64,000 nt of DNA from Octopus sinensis. Lineage: Eukaryota. The notes below the pieces were generated by a model that was not told where the DNA came from, did no database searches, and worked only from the letters and a program-made list of their open reading frames with translations. Within the stretch, counting starts at the first letter, position 1; each line of letters starts with the position of its first letter. The stretch spans positions 85,622,001 through 85,686,000 of the forward strand of contig NC_043002.1 of the NCBI RefSeq assembly GCF_006345805.1, read 5' to 3'. Below are positions 1-12,249 of this stretch, in pieces. A program made the position numbers and the translations under genes.

Positions 1-332
1 TTTTTTTTTTTTTTACTGTAGCCTTGGGTTTCTCCAAAGCCCAGTTCAATTAAGTAGAGAGAAACTATATAAGAACATACTGAAGAGACCATATTTATTC
101 TTGATTGGTTGGCTTAATCTGTTGCCCTGTTAAACACTCCCAACTTTAGCAACACCTATTGTGCTGCAAGGGTTAGAGCTAGGTCTCCAGCCTAAGGAAA
201 TCTCCCTCTCTTATTCCCACTGATTTCTAGAGTCCTAAAAAAGTTTGTAGATGTTGCCCTTCCATCACTGACTTATTCACCAAAAAAAAAACAAAAAAAA
301 AACCCCACCAAAAGGTCTTGAGCTCTCATTTG

Positions 333-537
333 CTTAATGCTACATTTAAACTGGTCATATCCAGCCAAAATATTCTACCATATCCAATCTCTCACACTTA
401 CCCAACAATGTCATTCTAAAAATAAACAATCCCATCATTGAAATCTCAAAGCTACAAGATAATGCATGATTAACTCAAAACAATGTGAATAAATAAGCAT
501 TATATTTGACAGTGTTATCTGAATGCTAAAGGGTTAA
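333..537. mobile_element. Non-autonomous TTAA-type MITE, left end degraded
   Basis: Right end aatgctaaagggttaa (to 537) has the same AAAGGG-TTAA terminus style as the intact MITE at 14715-14940. Left end (ttaatgctacattt) is diverged. Confidence 0.55.
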
Positions 538-699
538 CCTGAGTCTAGTCTGAAGAGCTTTTAATTTGTGAATATCAAAGTATCATAAAGAGAGGATTAA
601 CAAGCCTAAAAAGTTCTCGTTTTCAAGCACCATTGACTGTGTCACAACAAGGCTCTGTTGTGTCCAAGATTTAAATTTTATGTAATGTTCTAACATTAC

Positions 700-1003
700 A
701 TTACCAATGCTGGTGTGTTTACATCCCTGTAACTTAGCGCTTTGGCAAACGAGACCAACAGAATAAGTACTAAGCTTACAAAGAATACGTTCTAGGGTTG
801 ATTTACTTCCGCCGCTACCTCGTGCTAGCCGCAGTTTGTCATCTTTCGGGATTTTACGGGACGGACCACGTACTCCTATCGAGCGCCGGTATCTCGTGAA
901 CGCCTTCCGGCACCGGTGGCGGCTACGTCCACGCGTACGGGGGTCGACTAAAGGCAGTGCCCCAGCATGGCTACAGTCTAATGACTGAAACAAGTGAAAG
1001 ATA
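700..1003 (+). mobile_element. SINE family A, 3' half, interrupted by a GC-rich insert at 809-943
   Basis: Matches the 3' half of the other family A copies (gctggtgtgtttacatccc...gaataagtact...tcgactaaaggcagtgc...atgactgaaacaagt). Confidence 0.85.
809..943. other. Unidentified GC/CpG-rich insertion
   Basis: By hand count 86/135 G+C and 20 CpGs. Absent from the sister SINE copy at about 2140-2160. Confidence 0.85.
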
Positions 1004-1470
1004 TTATATTCCTAGAGCTTTCGTAGTTTCTCATCATTTTGGTTACATGAGTGTTGCATTCTATTAGATTTGAGCTTCAAAAGAAATAGGGATAAGGATG
1101 TTGTCAGCTAATAATTATAATAACGTGCATGGGAATGTAATAAAATGATTGTTATTCGCAAACAAACAGGACAGGATATTGCAGGGTAGTCAACTGTTTC
1201 TAAATATTGAACATAATTAGTTGTGTACATGCTTTAACAGAAACTATGATGGTTTCTGCTGTTTAATAAGATACATATTTGTTTGTTAAACTTCTGGGGT
1301 TTGACCTCTAATTGTGTGGGGAAAATGTTTTTATAGGCCAAAAACATTACTCTGAAGAGTAACATGTTGGAGTCTTACACAAATAAAATTTTCCTTGCTG
1401 TTATTGAAAACAGACATTAACTGAAGAAATGAACAAGCACATTATATTATATTATATTATATTATATTAA

Positions 1471-1950
1471 GTGCAGGCATGGCTGAGTGGTAAGGATTTT
1501 GCTTCTTAACCACATAGTTCTGGATTCAGTCCCACTGCATGGCATCTTGGGCAAGTGTCTTCTAGTATAGCCTCAGACTGACCAAAGCCTTGTGAATGGA
1601 TTTGGTAGATGGAAACAGAAAGAAGCTGTTGTGTGTGTGTGTGTGTGTATGTGTGTGTGTGTGCATGTGTGTGTCTTTGTGTATCTTAGTCCCCCACCAC
1701 TGCTTGACAGCTGGTGTTATTTACATCCCTATAACTTAGCAGTTTGGTAAGAAAGACCAATAGAATACATACTAGGCTTAAAATATAATAGGTGTTGGAA
1801 TGACTGTGTGGTAAGTAGCTTGCTTACGAACCACATGGTTCCCGGTTCAGTCCCACTGTGTGGCACCTTGAGCAAGTGTTTTCTACTCTAACTTCAGGCT
1901 GACCAAAGCCTTGTGAGTGGATTTGGTTGACAGAAACTGAAAGCCCATTG

Positions 1951-1983
<33 letters not shown>

Positions 1984-2276
1984 TGTGTGTGTGTGTGTGT
2001 GTGTATGTTTGTGTGTCTGTGTTTGTCCCTTTAACATCACTTGACAACCAATGCTGGTGTGTTTACATCCCTGTAACTTAGCACTTTGGCAAACAAGACC
2101 GACAGAATAAGTACTAGGCTTACAAAGAATACGTCCTAGGGTTGATTTGCTCGACTAAATGCAGTGCTCCAGCATGAGAGTATAAGAGTATAAGTCCTGG
2201 GTTCGATTTGACTAAAATTATTCAAGGTAGTACCCCAGCATGGCTACAGTCTAATGACTGAAACAAGTGAAAGATA
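1471..2276 (+). mobile_element. Two nested family A SINEs (inner copy about 1791-2176 inserted into the tail of the outer copy)
   Basis: Outer head at 1471 (gtgcaggcatggctgagtggtaag). A second head starts at 1791. The outer tail resumes at about 2187 (tcctgggttcgatttgac) and ends atgactgaaacaagtgaaag. Confidence 0.8.
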
Positions 2277-3226
2277 TATTTATTTGGAAGCTGAAAACTT
2301 CACTAATTTCAACTTTGAGTTTGTCATTTCCTGTCTTCATATGATTGTCCAAAGATAAATTTTCCAATAAGTATAATTCTTCCTTATACCTAACATCACT
2401 TAATAATACAAATGTTTTAATTTCTTTTTTCTTTCTTTCTTTCTTTCTTTCTTTCTAAGTATGTATCTATCTATATATACATATATATATGTACGTTTGT
2501 ATAAATATATATATGTGTTTTTGTATATATACATACATACATATACAAACACAATCTTACATGCATACATATATATTATATTATATTTATTAGATGCTGA
2601 AAATTTCACTAATCATTACTTTGAGTTTCTCATTTTCGATTTTCAGATGATTATTCAAAGATAAGAAAGTTTCCAATAAATATAAATTAGTAATTTTACA
2701 TTTCATATAGATTATTCTTTCCCCCCACCCTTGTTTGTGTAGTTTTCTTTTTTCTCTCTCTTTTTTTCTTGTTTTTGTTTTTGTACTTACCCCCCCCCCC
2801 CACCACCAGATACTTATGTCACATTTACTTACCAAAAGTATTGCTATTGATATCCTAATTGATCACTTCTCTTGAAGAAATACACAATCAATTGGCAGCT
2901 GTCTGTCATGTTTTATTTAACATAGATGATATCTACATACAGCCTTCCAACATAGTTCTTCGTTTATTTTGCTTCTTTTTATTTTTCTGCCTCAAAAACA
3001 AAAAATGTACAAGTCATATTTTCTTTCCAAACATTTCTTTGTGAGGCAACTTTAAGAGATGCCGGAACATTGGAAGATAGCATTTTTCTTATCAGCATTA
3101 AACTGAGCATTTTCCGAATTTTTTTAACAAAAACTTTCTCAAGCTCATATCATTGTAAGATGACAACATAGTCTACTAGATGTCTCTTCATGCCTTCATC
3201 ATTTGAAAGGCGGTGAGCTGGCAGAA

Positions 3227-3432
3227 ACATTAGCACACCGGGCGAAATACTTAGCGGTATTTTGTCTGTTGTTACGTTCTGAGTTCAAATTCCGCCGAAG
3301 TCGACTTTGCCTTTCATCCTTTCGGGGTCGATAAATCAAGTACCAGTTACGCACTGGGGTCGATGTAATCGACTTAATCCCTTTGTCTGTCCCCCTCTAT
3401 GTTTAGCCCCTTGTGGGTAGTAAAGAAATATA
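3227..3432 (+). mobile_element. SINE family B (tail type B1)
   Basis: ggcggtgagctggcagaa head; gagttcaaattcc B-box-like motif; cctttcatcctttcggggtcgataaa core; gccccttgtgggtagtaaagaaata tail. Confidence 0.85.
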
Positions 3433-3544
3433 TTTGTCTCTGTACAGGATTTCTAACCAAAAGTCATCAAAATGTGAAATATGTCGAAACTGCTAAATGT
3501 CATCATTGAAAACTTTTGGCTGATCACTGGTTTCTTTTTCTTTT

Positions 3545-4275
3545 TATCTTTTATCATTTACTCGTTTTAGTCATTGGGCTACAGCCATACTGGAGCACTG
3601 CCTTGAAGGGTTTAGTCAAACAAAGTAACCCCAGTACTTTTTTTTTTATTTCAGAGTCTGCTACTTATTTTATCAGTCTCTTTTACTGAACTTGCTAAGT
3701 GATGGGAATGTAAACAAACCAACACCAGTTGTCAAGCAGTGGGGAGGGAACAAACATTTGGTTGTCTTGAGGCTATAATCTTGGGTACAGTCTCACACAG
3801 TGAGACTGAACCTAAAGCCATGTGGTTAGGAAGCAAACCTCCTTCCATGCAGCCACACTCTCTTTATGCTTTTAATCTTTTACTTGTTTCAGTCATTTGA
3901 CTGCGGCCATGCTGGAGCACTGCTTTTAGTTGAGCAAATCAACCCCAGGACTTATTCTTTGTAAGCCTTATTCTATCAGTCTCTTTTGCTGAACCACTAA
4001 GTTATGGGGACATAACCACATCACCATCAGTTGTCAAGCAATGTTGGAGGGACAAACACAGACACAGACACACACATACATACATACATATATATATATA
4101 TACACATATTGGTTGGCGTTAGGAAGGGCATCCAGCTGTAGAAACATTGCCAAATTAGACTGGAGCCTGGTGCAGCCTTCTGGCTTCCCAGAACCCCGGT
4201 CGAACCGTCCAACCCATGCTAGCATGGAGAACGGACGTTAAACGACGATGATGATGATGATGATGATACATATAT

Positions 4276-4321
<46 letters not shown>

Positions 4322-4495
4322 TATACATATATACGACAGGCTTCTTTCAGTTTCTTTCTACCAAATCCACTCACAAGGCTTTGGTCAGCACGAGGCTATA
4401 GTAGAAGACACTTGCCCAAGGTACAATGCAGTGGGAATGAACCCAGAACCATGTGGTTGGTAAGCAAGCTACTTAACACACAGCCACACCTGCAC
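3545..4495 (-). mobile_element. Two family A SINEs (about 3545-3860 and 3875-4495); the second contains an inserted RTE 3' end at about 4088-4265 (+)
   Basis: Reverse-complement family A head and tail motifs. The insert ends in cgttaaacgacgatgatgatga. Confidence 0.8.
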
Positions 4496-4950
4496 CTAAA
4501 GTTTTATTTTATATTTTTATCTTGAAAAATTAATAATGCCATTTTTAAACAGAAGCCTTTCATGAAAATGAAGTTCCTTTCAGTTTTCTGCCAAATTATT
4601 TCTCAAGAGATTTTGTCCTTAATGGTTTTGAATAAAGATTGTTTCCAGTTGTGTTTGTCAAAACCAAATATTTGAACCTTTTAGTCTCTAATCAAAAGAT
4701 TTACAAACACAACCAGGTACAGGCTTGACTAAGGATCAGACATCACCATGTGGCTAAGAAGTTCTCTTCGCAACCGCATGGTTTTTAGTTCAGCTACACT
4801 GCATGGTACCTTGAGCGAGTGTTTCCTGCTAAAGCTGTCATCTCAGGTTGACCAATACTTTGTGGGTGAATTTGGCAGATCAAGATCAAATTTGGTAGAT
4901 CATGATATATGTATATCTATGTATCTGTTTATCTGTCTGCCTGCTTGCAC

Positions 4951-5018
<68 letters not shown>

Positions 5019-5029
5019 ATATATATTTC

Positions 5030-5670
5030 ATCTGTCTTTCTGAGTTCAAATTCCGCCAAGGTCAACTTCAGCTTTCATCCTTTCAGGGATGATAAAATAA
5101 GTACCAGTTGATTACTGGGGTCAGTGTAATCTACTAGCTCCCACTCCCAAAATTGCTGGCCTTGTCCCAAAATTTGAAACTAATATTATTATTATTGAAT
5201 AAGAGAACAGTGCATGCCATCGAAGTGACACTGTAGTAATATACAAAGCGCAGTATACCCATCATGACTACCCGTCTGATAGGGGTACACCAGGCACATG
5301 TATCACAACCATATGTGTGCATCATCGTGACCTCATATCAAAATAAACAGTGCATGACCTTATAGCTGAGGCTCTGTTGGATTTTTCTTCAGGTTGAGTA
5401 GCCCAACCAGCTCAAAAGGTCCCTGAATAAGGGTTGTTTAAGAATGCCGAATGACACACTCATGTTTCCAGAAGCGAGTTATCCAAACCCCAAGGAATCC
5501 CCCTCAAAACATGGCTATGATGCTCCCCATCTACTTCTGCTTGTAATCAGTGATGCACATATTGTCAGCCACTAAGGGACATGCTCAACTGGTTATGGTC
5601 AAATAACTGACAAACAAATCTGTGGTATTGAGCAGAATATTTGCTGTAGCCCATATTTTATACTAAGACA

Positions 5671-5723
<53 letters not shown>

Positions 5724-6015
5724 CATCATCATCATTATTACATGTTTGGTATTTGCTTTGTATTTGTATTATCATTATTGTTGTTGTTGTTGTTATTAAA
5801 GGCAGCAAGCTGGCTGAATGGTTAGCACATCAGACAAAATGCTTAACAGTATTACTTTCGGATTTATGTTCTGAGTTCATATTCTGCCTGGGTCAATTTT
5901 TGCCTTTCATCTTTTTGCAGTTAATAAAATAAACACCAGTGGAGCACTGAGGTTGATGTGATCGACTGGGCCTCTTCCCACAACATTTCAGGCTTTGCAC
6001 ATATAGTAGAAAAGG
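5030..6015 (+). mobile_element. Two family B SINEs (tail type B2; about 5030-5195 and 5805-6015) flanking an unclassified interspersed repeat (about 5197-5667)
   Basis: B core motifs present in both. The middle segment is bounded by (ATT)n; it is single-copy in this window, so its repeat status rests on recognition only. Confidence 0.55.
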
Positions 6016-6186
6016 TTGTTGCTGTTGTGCACACTTGTCATTAATCACAAAAAGTTTGTTTATCTCACTTGAATACATTGCAAATTATAACAAAAGAAAA
6101 GTTAAATTATAGAAAACTATGCTTGTTTTTAAATACAGATATTTACTTGGTACAATAGCCTTTGTATTGAACAATCTTGGGGTTTA

Positions 6187-6565
6187 GGCACAGGAGTGGC
6201 TGTGTGGTAAGTAGCTTGCTAACCAACCACATGGTTCCGGGTTCAGTCCCACTGTGTGGCATCTTAGGCAAGTGTCTTCTGCTATAGCCCCGGGCTGACC
6301 AATGCCTTGTGAGTAGATTTGGTAGACGGAAACTGAAAGAAGCCTGTCGTATATATGTATATGTGTTTGTCCCCCTAGCATTGCTTGACAACCGATGCTG
6401 GTGTGTTTACGTCCCCGTCACTTAGCAGTTCGGCAAAAGAGACCGATAGAATAAGTACTGGGCTTACAAAGAATAAGTCCCGAGGTCGAGTTGCTCAATT
6501 AAAGACGGTACTCCAGCATGGCCGCAGTCAAATGACTGAAACAAGTAAAAGAGAGTAAAAGAGAG
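6187..6565 (+). mobile_element. Full-length family A tRNA-derived SINE
   Basis: A-box-like tggctgtgtggtaag, B-box-like gggttcagtccc, gcaccttgggcaagtgtctt-type core, internal microsatellite, atgactgaaacaagtaaaaga tail. Confidence 0.9.
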
Positions 6566-7297
6566 AAAGAGAGTATAGTAGGAAAAAAATTATTTTCAGA
6601 TTTATATTAGCTGGTTGCATGTTTAGTCCCACTGTGCGGCACCTTGGACAAGTATCTTCTGTCCCAGGTTGACTAAGAGCATGTGGGTCAATTTTGTAGA
6701 TGAAAACCGTGTACCCCACTTGCCCCCCTCCCTAGTTATGCTACTGGGTATGACAACCTCACTAGGGCTGAAGGCATGGAAAAAAGACCGAATACATGTA
6801 AAGTGGTGTTAAAAATAGTATCTAGCTATAGAAACCATGCCAAAGTAGACACCGGGGTACAGTTCAGCCCTTGGATTAATCAGATCCTGTCAAATTGTCT
6901 GACCCATACCAATATGAAATATGGATGTTAAATGATTATATTGATGATGGTTGTATAGCAGGTTAATCTCTCCCAAACCACAGCAAATAAAGAACCAATA
7001 ATATATTGAGTTCAATACAATCAATTATACTCTTCCCCTAGAAAAACTGGCCTCTGTGTATAATGATGACTATAATGATAATGATAGTGGTGCGACTGCT
7101 GCTGTCGGTGACAATTTCTGTATATTTAAACTGTGATGGAAAATTTATCTTTCTAAAAATAAATTTTGGATTTCATGAAAACATCTAAATGAATACTACT
7201 CCATTCAATCAATCAATCAATCAATTAATCAATCATACAATCAATATGTGTGTGTGTTAGTGTGTGCCTCTTTTTGGATAGATGAATTACTAACTAT

Positions 7298-7331
<34 letters not shown>

Positions 7332-7676
7332 CCGGAGTAAGCACATAAATGTGTAACAAGGTGGAAAAAAGAGTACTCAAATACCAGAGGTAGAGTAATA
7401 TGCTATTATTTAAAAGCAGCAGAAATTTAACAAAAGCTGTTACTTCAAGTAAAACTCTGTGTTATCAAGTGATGTGAGGGAGAGTACAAACTCATACTGA
7501 AGCACACACACACTCATGCAAATATATATACAACAGGCTGCTACACAGTTTTTCTTTGCCAAATTCTCTTACAAAACATTAGTCAGCGTGGGGCTATAAT
7601 AGAAGAAACTATTATAATAAGTGAAACTCTGAGTAACAGCTTTTGTTAAATTTCTGCTGCTGTTAAATAATAGTAT
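7332..7676. mobile_element. Penelope-like terminal-repeat fragments in inverted orientation around a degraded SINE
   Basis: 45-nt inverted repeat (7400-7444 vs 7632-7676, 2 mismatches). gtgaaactctgagtaacag at 7621-7639 fits the 3' half of a hammerhead. Confidence 0.5.
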
Positions 7677-7859
7677 AATATATATATATTATACTATTAT
7701 TTTTATATATATATTATATTGTGTGAAATTTGATTTAGTATTTCTAAATTGAATTTTTTTCCTTGTAAGTTTTGGATTTTATTCCCTCAAATATTAATAA
7801 TTATATATATATACATACATACATATATACATACATACATACATACATACATACATACA

Positions 7860-7891
<32 letters not shown>

Positions 7892-8103
7892 CAAATATAT
7901 TCTTTATATAAATGTGTTTGTGTGTGTGTGTGTGTGTATGCATATATATATATATATATATATATACATGCATACATATATTAAAAATATGAGTATATTT
8001 GACTTTGAGGAAAATGTTTTTGATATTTCAATATTAATCCCTTAGGTTTAATTTTGGAAAACGGCATTAGACCATAAACATTTTGAAATCCTCACGGTCT
8101 CAC

Positions 8104-8293
8104 CAGCAGAATAAATCTGAGATAAGTTTCATCAATCACAACACAACTCTCATGATTCTGTGCAACCAGCAGAGAACCAAGCACCATTATTACAAACACT
8201 CTATTCTCATGATAGAATGTTCCTAAATCCATTACAGTATTGATGCCTTGAAATATTAGTGGATTAATGGATTTAGGAAATATGTTATCCAAA
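8104..8293 (-). CDS. Candidate internal coding exon of an unidentified gene
   Basis: Acceptor tttttttttatatttag, donor CTG|gtgaga, 190 nt with an open frame (phase 2 to 0): LDNIFPKSINPLIFQGINTVMDLGTFYHENRVFVIMVLGSLLVAQNHESCVVIDETYLRFILL. Confidence 0.55.
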
Positions 8294-8420
8294 CTAAATA
8301 TAAAAAAAAAAACTGATAAGAAAATATGAAAATTTTAACAAAAAGATCAAACCCAAACATAGTCATGTCTTTTTATGTCTACTTTAATACTTGAAAAGAA
8401 GTGTTTCCTTTTTACACATA

Positions 8421-9370
8421 GGCACAGGAGTGGCTGTGTGGTAAGTAGCTTGCTTACCAACCACATGGTTCCGGGTTCAGTCCCACTCGTAGCACCTTGG
8501 GCAAGTGCATTCTACTATAGCCTCGGGCTGATCAAAGCCTTGTGAGTAGATTTGGTAGATGGAAACTGAAAGAAGCCCATCGTATATATGTGTGTATGTA
8601 TATATATATATATATATGTATGTATGTGTGTGTATATATATATATATGTATGTGTGTGTATATGTTTATGTGTCTGTGTTTGTCCTCCCAAGATCGCTTG
8701 ACAACTGATGCTGGTGTGTTTACATCCCCATAACTTGGCAGTTCGGCGAAAGATAAAATAGAATAAGTATTAGGCTTACAAAGAATAAGTCCTGGGGTTG
8801 ATTTGTTCGACTAAAGGCAGTGCTCCAGCATGGCCGCAGTCAAATGATTGAAACAAGTAAAAGAGTATACACATATGCACACACATACTCATACATACTC
8901 ATTCACACACACACATACTCACACGTACACACATTTATACGTCATCCTTTATCTTTTGCTTGTTTAGTCATTGGATTGTGGCTACCTTGAGGTGCCTTAT
9001 TGGAGGGTTTCATCGAAGAAATTGACCCCAATACTTATGTTTGATTTTTAAATTTGATACTTGTTCTATTGGTCTCTATTGTCAAACCTCTAAGTTACAG
9101 AGATGTAAACAAACCAATGCCGGGTATCAAGTGGTGTGAGGGAGAGTACAAGTTCATACAGAAGCACACACACACCACACACACACACACACACACTCAC
9201 GCAAATATATATACAACAGGCTGCTACACAGTTTTTCTTTACCAACTTCTCTCACAAAGCTTTAGTCAGCCTGGGGCTAAAATAGAAGACTTGTCCAAGG
9301 TGCCACACAGTGGGACTGAACCCCAAACCATACTGTTGGGAAGCAAGCTTCTTAACTACACAGCCATATC
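8421..9370. mobile_element. Two family A SINEs (8421-8865 +; about 8945-9370 -)
   Basis: Family A head, core and tail motifs in opposite orientations. Confidence 0.85.
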
Positions 9371-9749
9371 TGTGTCTGTATTATTTTAGTATTTTGCTGA
9401 TTTCTATGATTGCACTGTGGCCACACTGGAGCACTATCCATCATACGTGCTTGTTTTAGTTGGTCTTATCAACCTCAGTGCTTATTTTAATCAGATACAT
9501 ATTTTATTGGTTACTATTTGTCAAATGGCCAAGTCATCTCTTTAAATTTACCATAAAGAAATGCAACTTTTACATAAGGTAAATATAAGTACAAACAAGG
9601 ATATAGACAAACTCATACACTCATACACACACATACACAAACACACACTCATACACGTACAGATATATATGTATACACACACTTACATACACACATGCAC
9701 ACTCACACACACATGTGTATGTTTATGTGTGTATGTATATATATACTTT

Positions 9750-9930
9750 GGCATGTAAAAAGCACCCACTACACTCTTGGAATGGTTGGCATCAGGAAGG
9801 GCATCCAGCTGTAGAAACCTTGCCATATCAGATTGGAGCCTGGTGCAGCCTTCTGGCTTCCCAGTCCCCAGTCAAACCGTCCAACCCATGCCATCATGGA
9901 AAACGGATGTTAAATGATGATGATGATGAT
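9750..9930 (+). mobile_element. Truncated RTE 3' end / SINE-like copy with (GAT)n tail
   Basis: ggttggcatcaggaagggcatccagctgtagaaac...cccatgc...gttaaatgatgatgatgatgat; matches the 3' end of the LINE at 45293-46915. Confidence 0.8.
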
Positions 9931-10073
9931 GTAGAACACAAGTGTGAACTTGGCAGTACCATAATCTTTTCAAACTGACAACTACTAATTAAATATAGGA
10001 ATATATAGTTTTACCTGTGTTTGAATATATATCCTCCTCTCTTTCTCTCTCTCTCTTTCTCACTTTTTTCCAG

Positions 10074-10115
10074 CTTTTCTTAAGTCTCACACTTACAAAT
10101 ATACACCAACATTAG
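10074..10115 (+). CDS. Candidate 42-nt exon (phase 1-1: FLKSHTYKYTPTL)
   Basis: Acceptor ctttctcacttttttccag, donor AG|gtgagt, frame-preserving length. The pyrimidine tract is partly a (CT)n microsatellite. Confidence 0.4.
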   Translation, partial: LFLSLTLTNIHQH

Positions 10116-11496
10116 GTGAGTGTACAAACAGCAAAAGTTATAAAAGAATTCTGGTAGTTTTTGTCACATTGCTAAAGGCACAAATTTGCAATAGTTTTAG
10201 AAATAGGAAACTGGCTTTGTTCAATGCACACAAAAGGAATGAACAGGGTTGTAAACCAGGTGACTTTGAGGTAGATGTGTACAAGAGGTGGTGTAATTGT
10301 ATTCCATGACATCTCCTACCACCTCATCCTTCTTTTTATGTAGATACACCGTTTTGCGATGTTTCTCTGGAACTGTAATAATATAAATGGAAACCTTAAA
10401 CTACAATAAAAATAAAAAGAAAAGAAGTCATTTGAAATTGTAATTAATGTTTTTTTTTTTTTTATGTCTGAAATACATCCTCTGAGACCTGGCTATTCAT
10501 GTCGAAGATGACTTAGTAATCAAAGTTTATTGCGACTATAAAGAATTCTGAGAAGTGTTCTTTACGATTGGTTCAGAAGCATTTTACTATATGTTTGAAA
10601 CAAATGCTTCTAATGTTCTGTGGCTATGTGTCGAAGATGTTAATTTAAATAACCATGGCATATGGTTTCACATATCTATAATATAGTTTGAAATTTTGTG
10701 AGTATGGTATAAAGGTCTTGGATGCAGTAACGTTTGTGTGGTTAACAAGTTCACTTTACAGATATGTGGTTTTGAGTTCAATCCTGTTGTATGGCACCTT
10801 GAAAAAGTGAGAATTTTGTACTATAATCTTGGTTAAATGTAAACCTTGGAAATTTAATAGAGTATATGGGAAACTGTGTGGAATCTTATTAAGAGGGACT
10901 GTTCCTGTTCATTTCAGTGTGGTAGATTTCATTTTTTACCCATTTTAACACCACCAACTGGCCCTTGGGTGCTTTAATGACATCTTAGTTGCAAGCTTTC
11001 AGACCAGCCGGATATCTGACCAGTGATATGTTACCCTTCTCCTTACCAGTTCCTTGATGTATACGAAAGTGAAAGAAGGGGGTACTATCACTCCCAACAT
11101 ACCTCTGCCATATTTTTTTGTGTGTGCATGGGAGGGGTTCACCTAAATCAGGCAATTACATTTGGCTTTCAATTATAATACAACTATTGCTATTGCCATT
11201 TCCAGCTATGCATTCAAATTTTATTGAAATGTGTATATATTAGGTTTCATATTTGCATTGGAATTCTAGTGAACTGTGTTTGAACTATTGCTCATTGTTT
11301 GTAAGTTCTAGACTGAAAAAAGAGTGGACATAAAGAGTTCCTTTGAATATTCCTCCTCTAATGGAGATGGGTTTTGTTTATAATTCTCTCTTCTGTGTTG
11401 TTTTTTACAGAATTATTTGTCAATTACTCATTATATGTTTTACTTATCTGCTTATTATTGGTGCTAATTTACTTGTAACTTGTGTTTCCAAGATTC

Positions 11497-11654
11497 ATAT
11501 ACAGGGAACTCTGTCAAAAGCTTTCTGATAGTCAATCTGTCCTATACTCTAACTATATTTCCCTATAGTCTTCAGATATACAGGGAACTCTGTCAAAAGC
11601 TTTCTGATAGTCAATCTGTCCTATGCTTTAACTACATTTCCCTATAGTCTTCAG
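11497..11654 (+). repeat. Two-copy 79-bp tandem duplication
   Basis: 11497-11575 and 11576-11654 are near-identical (atatacagggaactctgtcaaaagc...ccctatagtcttcag) with a few substitutions. Confidence 0.95.
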
Positions 11655-11991
11655 ATATGGTTTTACTGACCAGTCATCGTTTGTCATTGCCATTGCAACC
11701 ATTTAATAAACCTCATTATTATCATTGTTGTTGTTATTTTTGTGTTGATGTTCTATGCAATAATTCTTATCTCTTAGTACCTATCCTTTATGTTCACTCA
11801 CATTTACCTTTCATATTTTTGGTTTCCAAGTATCAAAACATAAGAAATAGACTGAATTGTTCCTTGTATTTTTGTACATAAAGGTTTTTTTTTTATTGAC
11901 TTATAGTCCCTCATTCACTCCAGTATCTTATATTTTGAACTCTCTGTCCAAACTTTGCAAATACCAACATGGAAACCAATAAATGCTATTA

Positions 11992-12225
11992 CCGGCGAGC
12001 TGGCCGAATCGTTAGCAGGCCGGGCGAAATGTGTAGCCATATTTCGTCTGCCATTACGTTCTGAGTTCAAATTCTGCCGAGGTCGACTTTGCCTTTCATC
12101 CTTTCGGGGTCGATAAATTAAGTACCAGCTACACACTGGGGTCGATGTAATCGACTTAATCCATTTGTCTGTCCTTGTTTGTCCCCTCTGTGTTTAGCCC
12201 CTTGTGAGTAGTAAAGAAATAGGTA
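11992..12225 (+). mobile_element. SINE family B (tail B1)
   Basis: Complete head, core and tail motifs as at 3227. Confidence 0.85.
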
Positions 12226-12249
12226 TTATATTCCTCTTCTTTTTCTTTG

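Noticed and set aside
583-993. 136-aa minus ORF containing a GSGGS-like linker
   Set aside because: Spans SINE sequence plus the GC-rich insert; the open frame is explained by composition and there is no gene context.
2290-2684. Diverged direct repeat of about 90 nt (2290-2376 vs 2596-2684)
   Set aside because: Real similarity but old, short and without recognisable structure.
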